The notes under the pieces: model-generated | Told to the model about the DNA's origin: nothing | Seen by the model: the letters and a program-made list of their open reading frames with translations, nothing else | Databases searched by the model: none | Made by a program: the position numbers and the translations under genes | Shown here: positions 19,198 through 30,780 of the stretch, one piece after another | Numbering within the stretch: the first letter of the stretch is position 1 | Layout of the letters: each line of letters begins with the position of its first letter | Sequence record: NC_028925.1 | Length of the DNA: 64,000 nt | Reading direction: 5' to 3' (one strand) | From: Escherichia phage vB_EcoM_VR25

Positions 19198-20730
19198 TTA
19201 TTTTAACCCCGTCTGTGACCAGTCGCCAAATACTTCTTCGAAAGTATCTGCCTTATCTTTATCGAATCTGAAACCTTTGATAATCGGAAGGAACAGTTTA
19301 ACGGTATTATCTTTACGAGTTTCAGAAGTCAACCAACCATTACATTCACAATCAGCAATCATTCCAACTAATTCACCTTTGCGAGCCTTAATCATAAGAG
19401 CTTCGCGGTCCATTTCATGACGCTCATCAATTGGGATAATAGTCCATTTCTTAGTCTTCGGGTCTTTGACTTGTGTTGTATCTTTGAAGCCTGACCCACA
19501 ATTGGTAACAATTTTACCGCAAGAAGATTGAAGTACAACACCACCAATTTTATTTGGGTCTTTCTCGTGCTCATAGAATCCGATAATTTCCAAAGCGATG
19601 TCAATAACTTCTTTGAACTTGTACATATTCTTAGAACGCTTGTTTTCCCAAGGAGCTGCAGTGTTTTTAAGAATAATACCTTCGAGTTTTAAAGCAATAT
19701 ATTTCTTATAGATGGCTTTGGCTTCTTCGAGGTTATTAACCACGTGGTTTTCAATCAGAATCATACGGTCGTAGCCATGAAGCACCACGTTATCTGCAAT
19801 CATCTTCTCTAATACCGCGAACCGCACATCATATTTCAGAGGGTTAAGAATTTTAACATCTGAATACACTTCAATCAACGGAACATAATCCCAGACCTGG
19901 AATTTCATGCCAGCTGCTTCAACCGCAGTGATAGTTCCTTTTAATGATTTGTTCGCTAGACCGTTTGACTTAGTACGAGATTCCGCAGATTCAATTTGAG
20001 TCTCGGCTTGCTCTGTATCGCCAAAAAGGAAGCCCAAACCGTCATTCTGGGGAGCTACTTTCTGTTCATGGTATACTAACTCGCCATCAATTAAAACGCC
20101 CTCAGGATGTCTCTCACGCGCTTCACGGGTAGCTTCAATCAATTCCTTTTTAAGGAGGTCAAGCTTAAGGTATTCGTTACCAGCTCGGGATAGCAATCGA
20201 ACATCATCCAACTCATCGCCACGAACTTCTGCAAAACACCGAGCACCATCGGCTTTCAATTGTGCAAAGGCCGGGAACTTAATGTTCTTGGCAATACCGG
20301 CTTCATCATAGGAAGAAGCGAGCATCTGCGGTTGTTCGGGAATTAAACCTTTCCAAACTTTATTCGCAATCGATACGGATGCACCACATTCCAGGTCACG
20401 CATCATCACACGGCGCAGGACTTCAACATCATCTTTTTTACCATCAGCAATATAGCCAGATAATTCCTCAATTGCAGCATTACCTGTTAATTTACGAGGT
20501 GCCAATGTAAATTCGATAAAGTCAAGCATATCATCGATATTCAACATGCCAAAGCTTTGAGTCGTTGTCCCGGGTTTTGGCCATTTCTTGATATAAAACT
20601 GAATACCTTTGGAATATGTCAAACGATATACACGTTTAAGGGTTTCATTTTCAGAATACGATTCCAGGATAGCTTGTTTCTCTTTCGTAGAATCGGTTGC
20701 AGCAATTTCATTTAAAATATCTAAAATCAT
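19198..20730 (-). CDS. 30: ATP-dependent DNA ligase gp30
   Basis: 510 aa; adenylation motif KADGARC (KxDG); synteny. Confidence 0.9.
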   Translation of the reverse strand: MILDILNEIAATDSTKEKQAILESYSENETLKRVYRLTYSKGIQFYIKKWPKPGTTTQSFGMLNIDDMLDFIEFTLAPRKLTGNAAIEELSGYIADGKKDDVEVLRRVMMRDLECGASVSIANKVWKGLIPEQPQMLASSYDEAGIAKNIKFPAFAQLKADGARCFAEVRGDELDDVRLLSRAGNEYLKLDLLKKELIEATREARERHPEGVLIDGELVYHEQKVAPQNDGLGFLFGDTEQAETQIESAESRTKSNGLANKSLKGTITAVEAAGMKFQVWDYVPLIEVYSDVKILNPLKYDVRFAVLEKMIADNVVLHGYDRMILIENHVVNNLEEAKAIYKKYIALKLEGIILKNTAAPWENKRSKNMYKFKEVIDIALEIIGFYEHEKDPNKIGGVVLQSSCGKIVTNCGSGFKDTTQVKDPKTKKWTIIPIDERHEMDREALMIKARKGELVGMIADCECNGWLTSETRKDNTVKLFLPIIKGFRFDKDKADTFEEVFGDWSQTGLK

Positions 20731-20740
20731 TAATCACCTC

Positions 20741-21061
20741 TTAGTCGTTGGCTCTATTATATGCCACGTCTTCCAAAAGCAAATCCAGACGCTTATGATA
20801 TGAGAACACAAATTTCGTGGCACCATCTGGTTTCATTTTAGTCATGAAGTGAACATAAATGAATCCTTGCTCAACACATTCACGCCAAACGGGATTATCT
20901 TTAGCCGGATTAATATCAAACGAGTAATCATGATTCACATGACGAATAAACTGGTTAACATGACCATAATCCATCGTGGTGGTTGGACCACGGTCAGAAA
21001 TAGTATGAACGACAAACATATTAACCCCTTCCACAGGTCGGTTGATTATACCAGTATTCAA
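20741..21061 (-). CDS. hypothetical protein (30.1 position)
   Basis: 106 aa ORF; start may be internal. Confidence 0.45.
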   Translation of the reverse strand: MNTGIINRPVEGVNMFVVHTISDRGPTTTMDYGHVNQFIRHVNHDYSFDINPAKDNPVWRECVEQGFIYVHFMTKMKPDGATKFVFSYHKRLDLLLEDVAYNRAND

Positions 21062-21833
21062 TACCAGTACCTACGCCATATTGGTATGGATATGCTGGAT
21101 TATATCCAGGAGTCCATGGCTGACCTGGCTGCCAGCCTTGTTGCATTTGTTGCTGAAGACGTCGAGTTTCACGAAACAGTTCTTCCAGTTTACGGAGTTC
21201 ATCTGGTGTGAATTCTGGTTTGGTCGGTTCATCTTTGTGTTTCAGTTTAAGCTGTCCAGCAACATCGTCCCAATTAAAAACTTTGGAAGCTGTTTTAGGA
21301 ATAGCATCACGTTCACCACGAGCCATCCAATAAACCGGAACTGCAAGGATTTCACTCGCATGGTCACAATGGTGTGCAAGGTCATCAATATAACAAATGA
21401 CATTATATTTGTCTTTTGCCTTCTGGAACAACTCCTCTTTAGAGGCTGTATGACCACACATCATAACTTCTTTAAACGCACCAGGGAACAAAGCATTCAG
21501 GTTGAATTGACGATTCAGGCGGGCGTCAATGGAATCACCCAGGGCTGTAACGGCCACAAAATCATATTGTTCTTTGAGGTTATTAATAACCCTTAACGCA
21601 TCTGCATAAGGAGACAAATAACGAATAAAATCTGAACAGTTATATTTCTCAATCAACTGTGCGCCCAACTCTTCATCACAATTGAACAGTTTGCCCGGGG
21701 TCACAAATTTTTCATCCTGAATCATCTTAAGGATATGTTCCAGGGGTAAATTGTATTTTTGAGCGAAATAAGGCAAGCCAGATTGCCATGACAAACATAC
21801 GCCATCAATGTCTGTTAAAATAACGGGTTTCAT
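21021..21833 (-). CDS. hypothetical HAD-like hydrolase candidate with Q/P/W/Y-rich C-terminal tail (30.2 position)
   Basis: 270 aa; N-terminal ILTDIDGV resembles HAD motif I (DxDG); C-terminal QQMQQGWQPGQPWTPGYNPAYPYQYG low-complexity tail. Confidence 0.55.
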   Translation of the reverse strand: MKPVILTDIDGVCLSWQSGLPYFAQKYNLPLEHILKMIQDEKFVTPGKLFNCDEELGAQLIEKYNCSDFIRYLSPYADALRVINNLKEQYDFVAVTALGDSIDARLNRQFNLNALFPGAFKEVMMCGHTASKEELFQKAKDKYNVICYIDDLAHHCDHASEILAVPVYWMARGERDAIPKTASKVFNWDDVAGQLKLKHKDEPTKPEFTPDELRKLEELFRETRRLQQQMQQGWQPGQPWTPGYNPAYPYQYGVGTGIEYWYNQPTCGRG

Positions 21834-22297
21834 AATGCATCTCTCAATTGGTTAAGTATGTCAATAAATTCTTGTTCAGTCAATATTGTATCATGAACAG
21901 TAAGGTGGCTCGCCATCGAATGCTTTAAAACTTTGCCCTTTGTAGCTTGTAGTGCGTCGCGGAATCCTTTGTTTTGGAGAGCTGCTTCAAAATATGCACT
22001 TGTATACAACTCTTTCCATGCTGCAGAGTATCTTGAAAAGGGAATTCCAAGCCAGAAAAGCGTCCCACGGTCCGCAGCTCTTGCATAAGCTCTTCCAGTT
22101 TGTTGTGCGACCAGTCCGGACATCCCAAATATACGTTTTTGTTGTTCATGATTTCTCACCTTGCACCCTTGGAGGAAACCTTCAAGACCTCCAAACTGGA
22201 TACCATCCATAACAAAAGGCCATTTGGCAAAGTTACTTAATGCACATGATGGCCACGGAAAATTGCTTCTGATTTCTAACTCAGACATCTTTGACAC
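21830..22297 (-). CDS. hypothetical protein (30.3 position)
   Basis: 155 aa ORF. Confidence 0.55.
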   Translation of the reverse strand: MSKMSELEIRSNFPWPSCALSNFAKWPFVMDGIQFGGLEGFLQGCKVRNHEQQKRIFGMSGLVAQQTGRAYARAADRGTLFWLGIPFSRYSAAWKELYTSAYFEAALQNKGFRDALQATKGKVLKHSMASHLTVHDTILTEQEFIDILNQLRDAL

Positions 22298-22493
22298 TGA
22301 TAATATCTACATCAGCCCAATGACCATAACCAGGTAGACGGTCTGCAATGGATAAACCGCCGTCAGATTTCAGCATTTTAATTGTTTTAGTATATGGTTC
22401 AATATTTCGGGCCCATGGACTTACGTCAGTCACGCGATAAGTCACTTCAACCATTTCTGTGCCCAAAATTTTCTGAATCAGTTTCTTAAACAT
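22281..22493 (-). CDS. hypothetical protein
   Basis: 70 aa ORF in co-oriented array. Confidence 0.45.
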   Translation of the reverse strand: MFKKLIQKILGTEMVEVTYRVTDVSPWARNIEPYTKTIKMLKSDGGLSIADRLPGYGHWADVDIISVKDV

Positions 22494-22494
22494 A

Positions 22495-22689
22495 TTATCC
22501 TCGCCTTAAACATTTGATTACAGATAGTTCACCGTCCATGCGAACGTCTTCAGTTCCATCAACCCACAAGACTAAATACGCTTCTTTAATTACAATACCA
22601 CCGAATTTAAAAGCAGGCAAGACCTTAGAAATCATTCCAGGAATACCTACACCTTTTAACTGAACAGTTTGTGATAAGAATAGTTGCAT
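22495..22689 (-). CDS. hypothetical protein
   Basis: 64 aa ORF, abuts neighbours. Confidence 0.45.
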   Translation of the reverse strand: MQLFLSQTVQLKGVGIPGMISKVLPAFKFGGIVIKEAYLVLWVDGTEDVRMDGELSVIKCLRRG

Positions 22690-23006
22690 TAGAACCTCGT
22701 CAGGAAACCGCGTGATTTAACATTTTTGCCATTAATATCAGATGAATTAATTTCACGCGCTGAAATTGGGTCAATATCAATGTCGCGACTAAGCTTGGTG
22801 ATTGCCAGAGTATCGCGTCCATTAACAGTCCTGAATTCAACTGGGCAAACTATATCCGCATAGTTTTTAATGGATTCTTTAGTTGGTTCGCACCCAGCAG
22901 GAACATTAGGGCCTTTTTTAGAGAAAACAACTTCACAGAAATTTTTACGTGTATCAAAGTAAGTAGTCATAAACATAGTATTTTCCTCAAGGGGCTTTCG
23001 CCCCAT
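22689..23006 (-). CDS. hypothetical protein
   Basis: 105 aa ORF. Confidence 0.5.
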   Translation of the reverse strand: MGRKPLEENTMFMTTYFDTRKNFCEVVFSKKGPNVPAGCEPTKESIKNYADIVCPVEFRTVNGRDTLAITKLSRDIDIDPISAREINSSDINGKNVKSRGFLTRF

Positions 23007-23012
23007 TTAAGA

Positions 23013-23378
23013 TTAGATATCAAATTCATTAAGAACTACATCAAAGATTGCTTCCAGGTGTTCAGGTTTTGCTTTGTTACCCAGGATATGGCGAATCCAA
23101 GTTTTAACCAACAGCTTGCGATTAACACCATTCCAACAAGGATGAGTCCCTAAATCACGCTCACGGAAATCATCATCTAAAGCAATTTTAAAGTTGGAAC
23201 CAGTCATTGTGATTGAAAGAGTGATACCATTTTCAAATCGCATATAAACGTAGTTAGGAGTCATATACTGTTCAATTTCACACACTGAACCATTTTTATG
23301 TTTCCACAGGCAAATAACTTCAGAAGAACCTGGGATGCAGTTAGAAACATATTTGCGTTCAAAGTTGATGTAGTTCAT
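23013..23378 (-). CDS. hypothetical protein
   Basis: 121 aa ORF. Confidence 0.5.
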   Translation of the reverse strand: MNYINFERKYVSNCIPGSSEVICLWKHKNGSVCEIEQYMTPNYVYMRFENGITLSITMTGSNFKIALDDDFRERDLGTHPCWNGVNRKLLVKTWIRHILGNKAKPEHLEAIFDVVLNEFDI

Positions 23379-23449
23379 TTTATTCTCCAGTTGTTTTCAT
23401 TTGTTGGTACAGGTCTATAATATCATAACCTGTACCAAAGTAAACTGTT

Positions 23450-23818
23450 TTATGCGACTTTAATCCAATTATCTAAATTTAATTCACCCTTAGCTTTCAT
23501 TTTTTCAATCAAATCATCAGCAGTGGTGCGACCATTTTGATACCATGTAACATCTTCAGAATAACCAGTTTCTTCATCTTCATAGGTCTTACAACGAATC
23601 TTACCAAGAATCAAAGTTTTCAGTTCGTAGGTATCACCAGTAAAAAAGTTAGTTAACATAATTTTCCAAGAGAAATCATCAGAAGGACCTTCAGGAGTCA
23701 TACAACCTACAAATTCAAATTGTTCTTTGTATAAGTGCCATTGCATTTCTTTAGTTTCGATAGCTTTATAACCGTCGTGGTCTTTACCTTTGATGTATGA
23801 GTTAAGATTGATTTTCAT
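23450..23818 (-). CDS. hypothetical protein
   Basis: 122 aa ORF preceded (minus strand) by promoter-like cassette. Confidence 0.5.
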   Translation of the reverse strand: MKINLNSYIKGKDHDGYKAIETKEMQWHLYKEQFEFVGCMTPEGPSDDFSWKIMLTNFFTGDTYELKTLILGKIRCKTYEDEETGYSEDVTWYQNGRTTADDLIEKMKAKGELNLDNWIKVA

Positions 23819-23899
23819 TTTATTCTCCAGTGTTTTATTGTGTAACTCAGTATGGAATCATTATGCACTGGACCAACCCTGTTGTAAACCCCTTTATGG

Positions 23900-23917
23900 A
23901 AAATAAAAAAGGGACTC
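23900..23917 (-). terminator. hairpin terminator after small basic ORF
   Basis: gggactc ttcg gagtccc followed by TTTTTTATTTT on minus strand. Confidence 0.6.
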
Positions 23918-23922
23918 CGAAG

Positions 23923-24084
23923 AGTCCCTGAACTTATGCTTTCGGCTTACCAAAGCAAGCTGCATCGGCACGCAATACCGCACGAGCACGAGCCTGAAGT
24001 TTATCAGTTACCTGATTGATTCGCTTGTTGGACGCACGCTTGTAACCAGCGCGTTTGGAGGAGCCATCAACAACTTTAACTTCT
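23923..24084 (-). CDS. small highly basic protein, 53 aa (30.9 position)
   Basis: Hand-translated MAKKEVKVVDGSSKRAGYKRASNKRINQVTDKLQARARAVLRADAACFGKPKA; followed by hairpin terminator; below ORF-track cutoff. Confidence 0.4.
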
Positions 24085-24391
24085 TTCTTAGCCATATTAA
24101 ATTCTCTTTAAAATAGAATGCAGGACTTATTGACATTGCCTGCGCAAGCCCTCGAAGGGAACATTAGGTTTCGGATATTTAACGACAGGATAACCATAAA
24201 CCTCGTCATCATACCAACCACGGCTTAGACAGATAACCTTTTTCTGACGCGTGATAGTACAAAATACATTCAAGAGGTACACCGTAAAACTGCTGGGGTC
24301 TTAAAACTATAATGATTCGCAAATCATTAATCAGACAGTTCGACGGCTCCTCGATTTTCTAGCCGCACTAAGGTAGCGAATCACCTACAGC

Positions 24392-24646
24392 TTACTTCAG
24401 GGTTACGACAAAATGGCGAACAGCTTTGCGGGCAGCAGATGCCAGCGGCTTAGCAAATTTCAGTTCATCTTTTGCTTCGAGTACAGCGCGAAGGTCGGTT
24501 TGTACCGGGTTAAGATGTTTGAAATACTGCAGGATTTCCAGTGCTTCGGCTTCAACATCAATAGATGCGCCGTAGTTTTCGTGACCGTTATTCCATGCAG
24601 TGCGTTGCAGTTCAAGAGCGTGTTGTAATTGTTTGTTTAAAGACAT
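24392..24646 (-). CDS. rIII: rIII lysis-inhibition accessory protein
   Basis: Start at MSLNKQLQ inside ORF 24392..24781 (~84 aa); sits downstream of gene 31 as in T4. Confidence 0.7.
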   Translation of the reverse strand: MSLNKQLQHALELQRTAWNNGHENYGASIDVEAEALEILQYFKHLNPVQTDLRAVLEAKDELKFAKPLASAARKAVRHFVVTLK

Positions 24647-24803
24647 TTTAGAAGCCTCAATATGAGGTGAATATTTGGTGGACACGTTCTTCTGAATTTC
24701 ACTTCCTTTCGGCAAGTCTCTCAGTTGTAGTCCACCGTTTAGGATTCTCCGGGTAACTAACTGGTCCGGCAGCCAATCCATATTATTATTTATAACGCTA
24801 ATT

Positions 24804-25151
24804 TTACTTATAAAGACAAGGAACAGCTTTATAATGACAGGTCACAAATTTCTGCTTAACTTCTTTAGCCTGCTTAAGTCCCAGAGCAACCAGAGGATGT
24901 GGAACGTTTGCAATCTTGCCAACCGGAAGAGGAGTCAAATCACCTACTTCACAGAAGCCTTCAGGAACATCTGAACCAATCGAAAATACTTCACACATCT
25001 CGGGAATTTCACCCTGATGGAGTTTTCCGATAACGATACCTGATGCCGTAGTTTCTTCATCACCAGCTTGCTTTGGCTCAGAAACCAAAATAATATATTC
25101 ACCTACTGCTTTAATTGGTAATTCCATATTTAATCCATGTTGTTTGGTCAT
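24804..25151 (-). CDS. 31: co-chaperonin gp31 (GroES analogue for capsid protein folding)
   Basis: 115 aa; near-identical to remembered T4 gp31 ([22 protein letters not shown]…[14 protein letters not shown]). Confidence 0.9.
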   Translation of the reverse strand: MTKQHGLNMELPIKAVGEYIILVSEPKQAGDEETTASGIVIGKLHQGEIPEMCEVFSIGSDVPEGFCEVGDLTPLPVGKIANVPHPLVALGLKQAKEVKQKFVTCHYKAVPCLYK

Positions 25152-25182
25152 GTATTAATAATAACACGCGTTGTTTGAAGCA

Positions 25183-25482
25183 TTAAAGGACGAGCAGAGT
25201 CTCGGTCTGTAATCCATTCACAGAAATCAATTTATTGAAACAGAATGAACGCCACTCATTAAGCTTGGTATCAAATACCCTGATATAGCTAACCGGTTCT
25301 TTACTAGTTTCTGGTCCAGGGGCCTGGATTTCTTTATACGGCAGCAGGTCCAGGTCGCGAGTACAAGTCATACGACGGGTGCTGCCATCTGCTTTTTCAA
25401 ACAGAACTTCGTGAAAACCAACAGACAAGATAGTCTTGACTTTTTCACGGAGGTGAATTGTTTCTTGTTCAGTTAAAATCAT
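25183..25482 (-). CDS. hypothetical protein (31.1 position)
   Basis: 99 aa ORF. Confidence 0.5.
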   Translation of the reverse strand: MILTEQETIHLREKVKTILSVGFHEVLFEKADGSTRRMTCTRDLDLLPYKEIQAPGPETSKEPVSYIRVFDTKLNEWRSFCFNKLISVNGLQTETLLVL

Positions 25483-25484
25483 AA

Positions 25485-25718
25485 TTATTCCAAAACAGTT
25501 TTAATGGTGGTTGTACCGCGCGATTTTAAAGCGCTCAACAGGTTTTTACATTTTTCAAAAACTGGGTCCGTTTTATACTTAATGCTTTCATCAATCCATT
25601 CGGATTTATAGTAAGACTTCCAGCGAGAGAAAAAGTTCTTTTTGTATTCTACTGAAAAAGCAATTATACCAGTTCCTCTTGAACTAAGCCCGGATATTTT
25701 AACCATACGAAATTTCAT
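25485..25718 (-). CDS. hypothetical protein (31.2 position)
   Basis: 77 aa ORF. Confidence 0.45.
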   Translation of the reverse strand: MKFRMVKISGLSSRGTGIIAFSVEYKKNFFSRWKSYYKSEWIDESIKYKTDPVFEKCKNLLSALKSRGTTTIKTVLE

Positions 25719-26299
25719 TATTCACCACAAAATTCGTTAATGTTTTCCCAGTTCAATTTGTCTAGACTACGCTTAGGCACATTGAACACCTCAATTCCTG
25801 CATTCTTCAGGATATCATCCCAACCAGGAATATTCTTGTCATACGTTTCACAGTAAACCAATTTCTTGATTCCTGATTGAGAAATTGCCTTTGCACAATC
25901 AGGGCAAGGAGAAAGCGTCACGTACATAGTAGCGCCTTCAATTGACGACCCCATCCTTGCTGCAAACAAAATCGCATTAAGTTCTGCGTGGATTTCGTTG
26001 TTCTTTGACCATGCAGAATGTTCTTCACGATGAGCTTTCGCCAATACAAAACGGTCAACCTTACTGAATCTCACACATTCTGGCTTGTGGCCAGGGACGA
26101 GAACAGGTTTAGGTTTATTCAGTAACCAACCTTGCTCCTCTGCATGCTCGCAACAGTTAACCCCACCTGCAGGGGAACCATTATACCCTGTAGAAATAAT
26201 GCGACCATTCTTTTCAATAACAGCTCCCACTTTCCAGGAGCAGCATTTTGATTCTTGAGATACAAGGTACGCGATTTGCAGAACAGTAGTTGGTTTCAT
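25718..26299 (-). CDS. cd: dCMP deaminase
   Basis: 193 aa; zinc-deaminase motifs CEHAE and SPCPDCAKAI; same length as T4 Cd. Confidence 0.9.
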   Translation of the reverse strand: MKPTTVLQIAYLVSQESKCCSWKVGAVIEKNGRIISTGYNGSPAGGVNCCEHAEEQGWLLNKPKPVLVPGHKPECVRFSKVDRFVLAKAHREEHSAWSKNNEIHAELNAILFAARMGSSIEGATMYVTLSPCPDCAKAISQSGIKKLVYCETYDKNIPGWDDILKNAGIEVFNVPKRSLDKLNWENINEFCGE

Positions 26300-26638
26300 T
26301 TACATCACCATGATATAGGCAGATTTATCAGTTTCAACACGATATAATTCATGTCGCAATTTCGTGATTGATTTAACACGTGAGGTTAATATACCATAAC
26401 CATCTTTAAAGCGTTTTTTCTTATCAAAGAATACCACGCCTGATAATGAATTACCGATTTCAACTGGTAACATAGTCAACAACACGCCATCATAATCAGC
26501 TGGGCTAATGCTTTTAAACAAAGTATCATTCATCAACAAAGCCCGGATAAATTGTATAGCACCATCAGAGAGACCTCGATGGTCTCCATCCTTGTCTTCC
26601 TGTAATGCAGTGGTAATAGCTTCTACTAAACTAATCAT
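26300..26638 (-). CDS. hypothetical protein (cd.1 position)
   Basis: 112 aa ORF. Confidence 0.5.
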   Translation of the reverse strand: MISLVEAITTALQEDKDGDHRGLSDGAIQFIRALLMNDTLFKSISPADYDGVLLTMLPVEIGNSLSGVVFFDKKKRFKDGYGILTSRVKSITKLRHELYRVETDKSAYIMVM

Positions 26639-26868
26639 TGAATGTACACTCGCTGCGCTTCAACCAGACCATCAGAACCCAATTTCAATTGAGTAAACTG
26701 GTCACCATCTTTTGGATTAATGACAATCATAAAACTACGTGCAGATTCCTGAATAACTTTCAGAGTCGCATCAGGAAATCGCTGTGATACATGGTTAATC
26801 ATCGCTTGAGCAAATGCCTTCACTTTTTCGTGGAACTCTTCAACAGTAATTGGGGTTTCGCTAAGCAT
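26635..26868 (-). CDS. hypothetical protein
   Basis: 77 aa ORF. Confidence 0.45.
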   Translation of the reverse strand: MLSETPITVEEFHEKVKAFAQAMINHVSQRFPDATLKVIQESARSFMIVINPKDGDQFTQLKLGSDGLVEAQRVYIQ

Positions 26869-27410
26869 CAGATTGTCTCCTGTTTTACTTGTTTAACGAT
26901 AGAAGCTTTTGTTATATCACCTTTGATAATATAACAATCTTCTGCAGTACCACGGCTTAACAGACGCTCTGCTTCGCCTTCCGCATATTCTTTTGACACA
27001 TGACGAGAGTTAATCTCAATCTTGCCATTTTTAACTACAAGCAATTTCCAAACTGATGCAAGTTTTACTGGCACAGGTTCAACTTCTGGCTTAACACCAA
27101 CTTCCGCCTGGATGAAATAATCAAATTCATCAGACAATGGACCAGCAGAAACAAACAGCGCACCATGATGCCTGTTCTGTGTGCCAGATATTTTTGGCAA
27201 ATCCACAAAATCATTTTCATCAATCAAACGGATTTCACAAACTTTTTTACCACCGCTGATGGCATCAGGTACAATTTTCACTTCAAACGGAGTCATACCG
27301 ATGTATCCAGCAATTTGGTAATTAGCTGCCCAGCCTCCGGCAATAAATTGTTTTTTAGCATTTTCAGACGTGAACTTGTAAAACTTACCTTCTTCAAAGA
27401 AATCACTCAT
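26868..27410 (-). CDS. hypothetical protein; N-terminal GKFY...AKKQFIAG motif shared with ORF 40269..40634
   Basis: 180 aa ORF; paralogous N-terminus noted by eye. Confidence 0.5.
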   Translation of the reverse strand: MSDFFEEGKFYKFTSENAKKQFIAGGWAANYQIAGYIGMTPFEVKIVPDAISGGKKVCEIRLIDENDFVDLPKISGTQNRHHGALFVSAGPLSDEFDYFIQAEVGVKPEVEPVPVKLASVWKLLVVKNGKIEINSRHVSKEYAEGEAERLLSRGTAEDCYIIKGDITKASIVKQVKQETI

Positions 27411-27476
27411 TTTGTTTTCCTCATGTGTTGATGAAATTCATTATACACCATCCATGGTGAAAGTAAACACTTTAAA

Positions 27477-27755
27477 TTAAATTGCTTCGACAACTACTGT
27501 TTGTTTCTGGAAGTCCATTTTGCATGAAATAGTCAAAATGTGGTTATCAATTTTAAATGGAACAATTGCAAATGCTGCACCAGGGTGGAGCTGGACAGTG
27601 ATTGCATCAACTGCATCCGGGAACATGATTTCCAGAATAGCAGACAAACGACCATGCACTTTTAGTTCAGTCGACACGTCGACGATTTCGTATAGATAAT
27701 CAGATACAATCTGACTAAAAACTAATTTAACAATTTCAGAATATGTAGGAAACAT
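27477..27755 (-). CDS. hypothetical protein
   Basis: 92 aa ORF. Confidence 0.45.
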   Translation of the reverse strand: MFPTYSEIVKLVFSQIVSDYLYEIVDVSTELKVHGRLSAILEIMFPDAVDAITVQLHPGAAFAIVPFKIDNHILTISCKMDFQKQTVVVEAI

Positions 27756-27826
27756 TTCTTTTCTCGCTTAGTTATTGGGATTATCCAAAGGACCTAGACC
27801 CATTATAACATAAAATTTTTAAAGCG

Positions 27827-28111
27827 TTAATGAACGGTGTGAACCCGAACATCAACAACGAATCGGTCGGTGATTTCGACCAGCGGTGCAAACTCTACAT
27901 GATATTCACCTTTATATCTTGTGTTCATATCATTACGAATTTTTACCAGCTCATTAATCAGGGCAGGTGACATTCCTTGCCCAGCTAGTTTGTTAAGGAA
28001 GCCGTATGCTTCCTCTTTAATTTCATCGTGTTTATCGTACATAATGCTCTTCCAGGAAGTCCAGGAGGGCCGTGGCGGAGGTAAAGATACCACCATCAAC
28101 CTTGTCTTCAT
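27827..28111 (-). CDS. hypothetical protein
   Basis: 94 aa ORF; true start may be internal (MYDKHDE) to avoid overlap with next ORF. Confidence 0.4.
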   Translation of the reverse strand: MKTRLMVVSLPPPRPSWTSWKSIMYDKHDEIKEEAYGFLNKLAGQGMSPALINELVKIRNDMNTRYKGEYHVEFAPLVEITDRFVVDVRVHTVH

Positions 28112-28289
28112 CTTTATAGTCCATCACATCCAGACCGATACGTCCATCAGTTAGCGGCCATACGCTGAAAAAGTATTCATAACCTTTTTCAATTTCTTCA
28201 ATCTTGCGAAAAATCTTTTCGATATTGTTCATAGGTTTCCACATCTCTACTACTTGAGTATAAATATAGTATATCACCAAAGAGGACAT
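28032..28289 (-). CDS. hypothetical protein
   Basis: 85 aa ORF; true start may be internal. Confidence 0.4.
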   Translation of the reverse strand: MSSLVIYYIYTQVVEMWKPMNNIEKIFRKIEEIEKGYEYFFSVWPLTDGRIGLDVMDYKDEDKVDGGIFTSATALLDFLEEHYVR

Positions 28290-30132
<1,843 letters not shown>

Positions 30133-30136
<4 letters not shown>

Positions 30137-30669
30137 ACACCAAGCTCCTTATAAAGTTCTTCGCGACAAGTTTTCAGAATTTTACCAGTTTCATAAGCTG
30201 TGCTTTCAGAAACATCACCAAGTGCAGCGGCAGCTTGCATTTGGCCATGGCGTTTAGCAGCATATTCAAAACTTTTTACTAGCTCACGAATACGTTCTTT
30301 TTCATTGTATTCTTCAATAAATTCTGGATATTCCCAAACAGGTCGCATCATACGATACCACAGTTGGATGGTAATATAATTACTTCCATCCAGATTAATA
30401 ATTTGTGAAGGCTTAATAGCGCCAGGAGCATAAAAAGTTACCTGTCTTACTACATCAATACCATCCACAATAGCCCAAGCAAAATCGAAGGTGGCCTTCT
30501 TTTCAATTGGCGTGCTCGCACAAGACCCTAACTTTAAGAGCTTTTGTAATACAGGAGATTTAACTCCTGAAATGTACACAGGATTAGCTACAAAGCTGTT
30601 ATCACGTAATGACATAATAGTTTCCTCAAATATTTTATAATCCGTGGGAGCATTATACTCTGCTCCCAA
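30133..30669 (-). CDS. hypothetical protein
   Basis: 178 aa ORF; start may be internal (MSLRDN). Confidence 0.5.
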
Positions 30670-30681
30670 GAGTTTGTAAAC
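30646..30681 (-). promoter_or_regulatory. early promoter cassette with stem-loop enclosing the -10 box (PeSL-like)
   Basis: Minus strand GTTTAC-N18-TATAAT; inverted repeat gggagc/gctccc flanks the -10. Confidence 0.5.
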
Positions 30682-30780
30682 TACTTTCCAAAAAGACCAT
30701 CAATACACATGCTGAATACAATTCCAAAACAAAAGCATGCAAAACCCAATCTAAAAACATCCCACCCATCGATACAGGCT

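Noticed and set aside
21830-22297. NADAR/YbiA-like assignment for the 30.3-position protein
   Set aside because: Considered on vague memory of fold assignments for T4 30.x proteins, but no diagnostic motif could be identified by eye; left as hypothetical.
24100-24390. tRNA gene
   Set aside because: Looked for the GTTCRA T-loop and cloverleaf-compatible stems in the ORF-free gap; none convincing by eye. Left as an unexplained non-coding interval.
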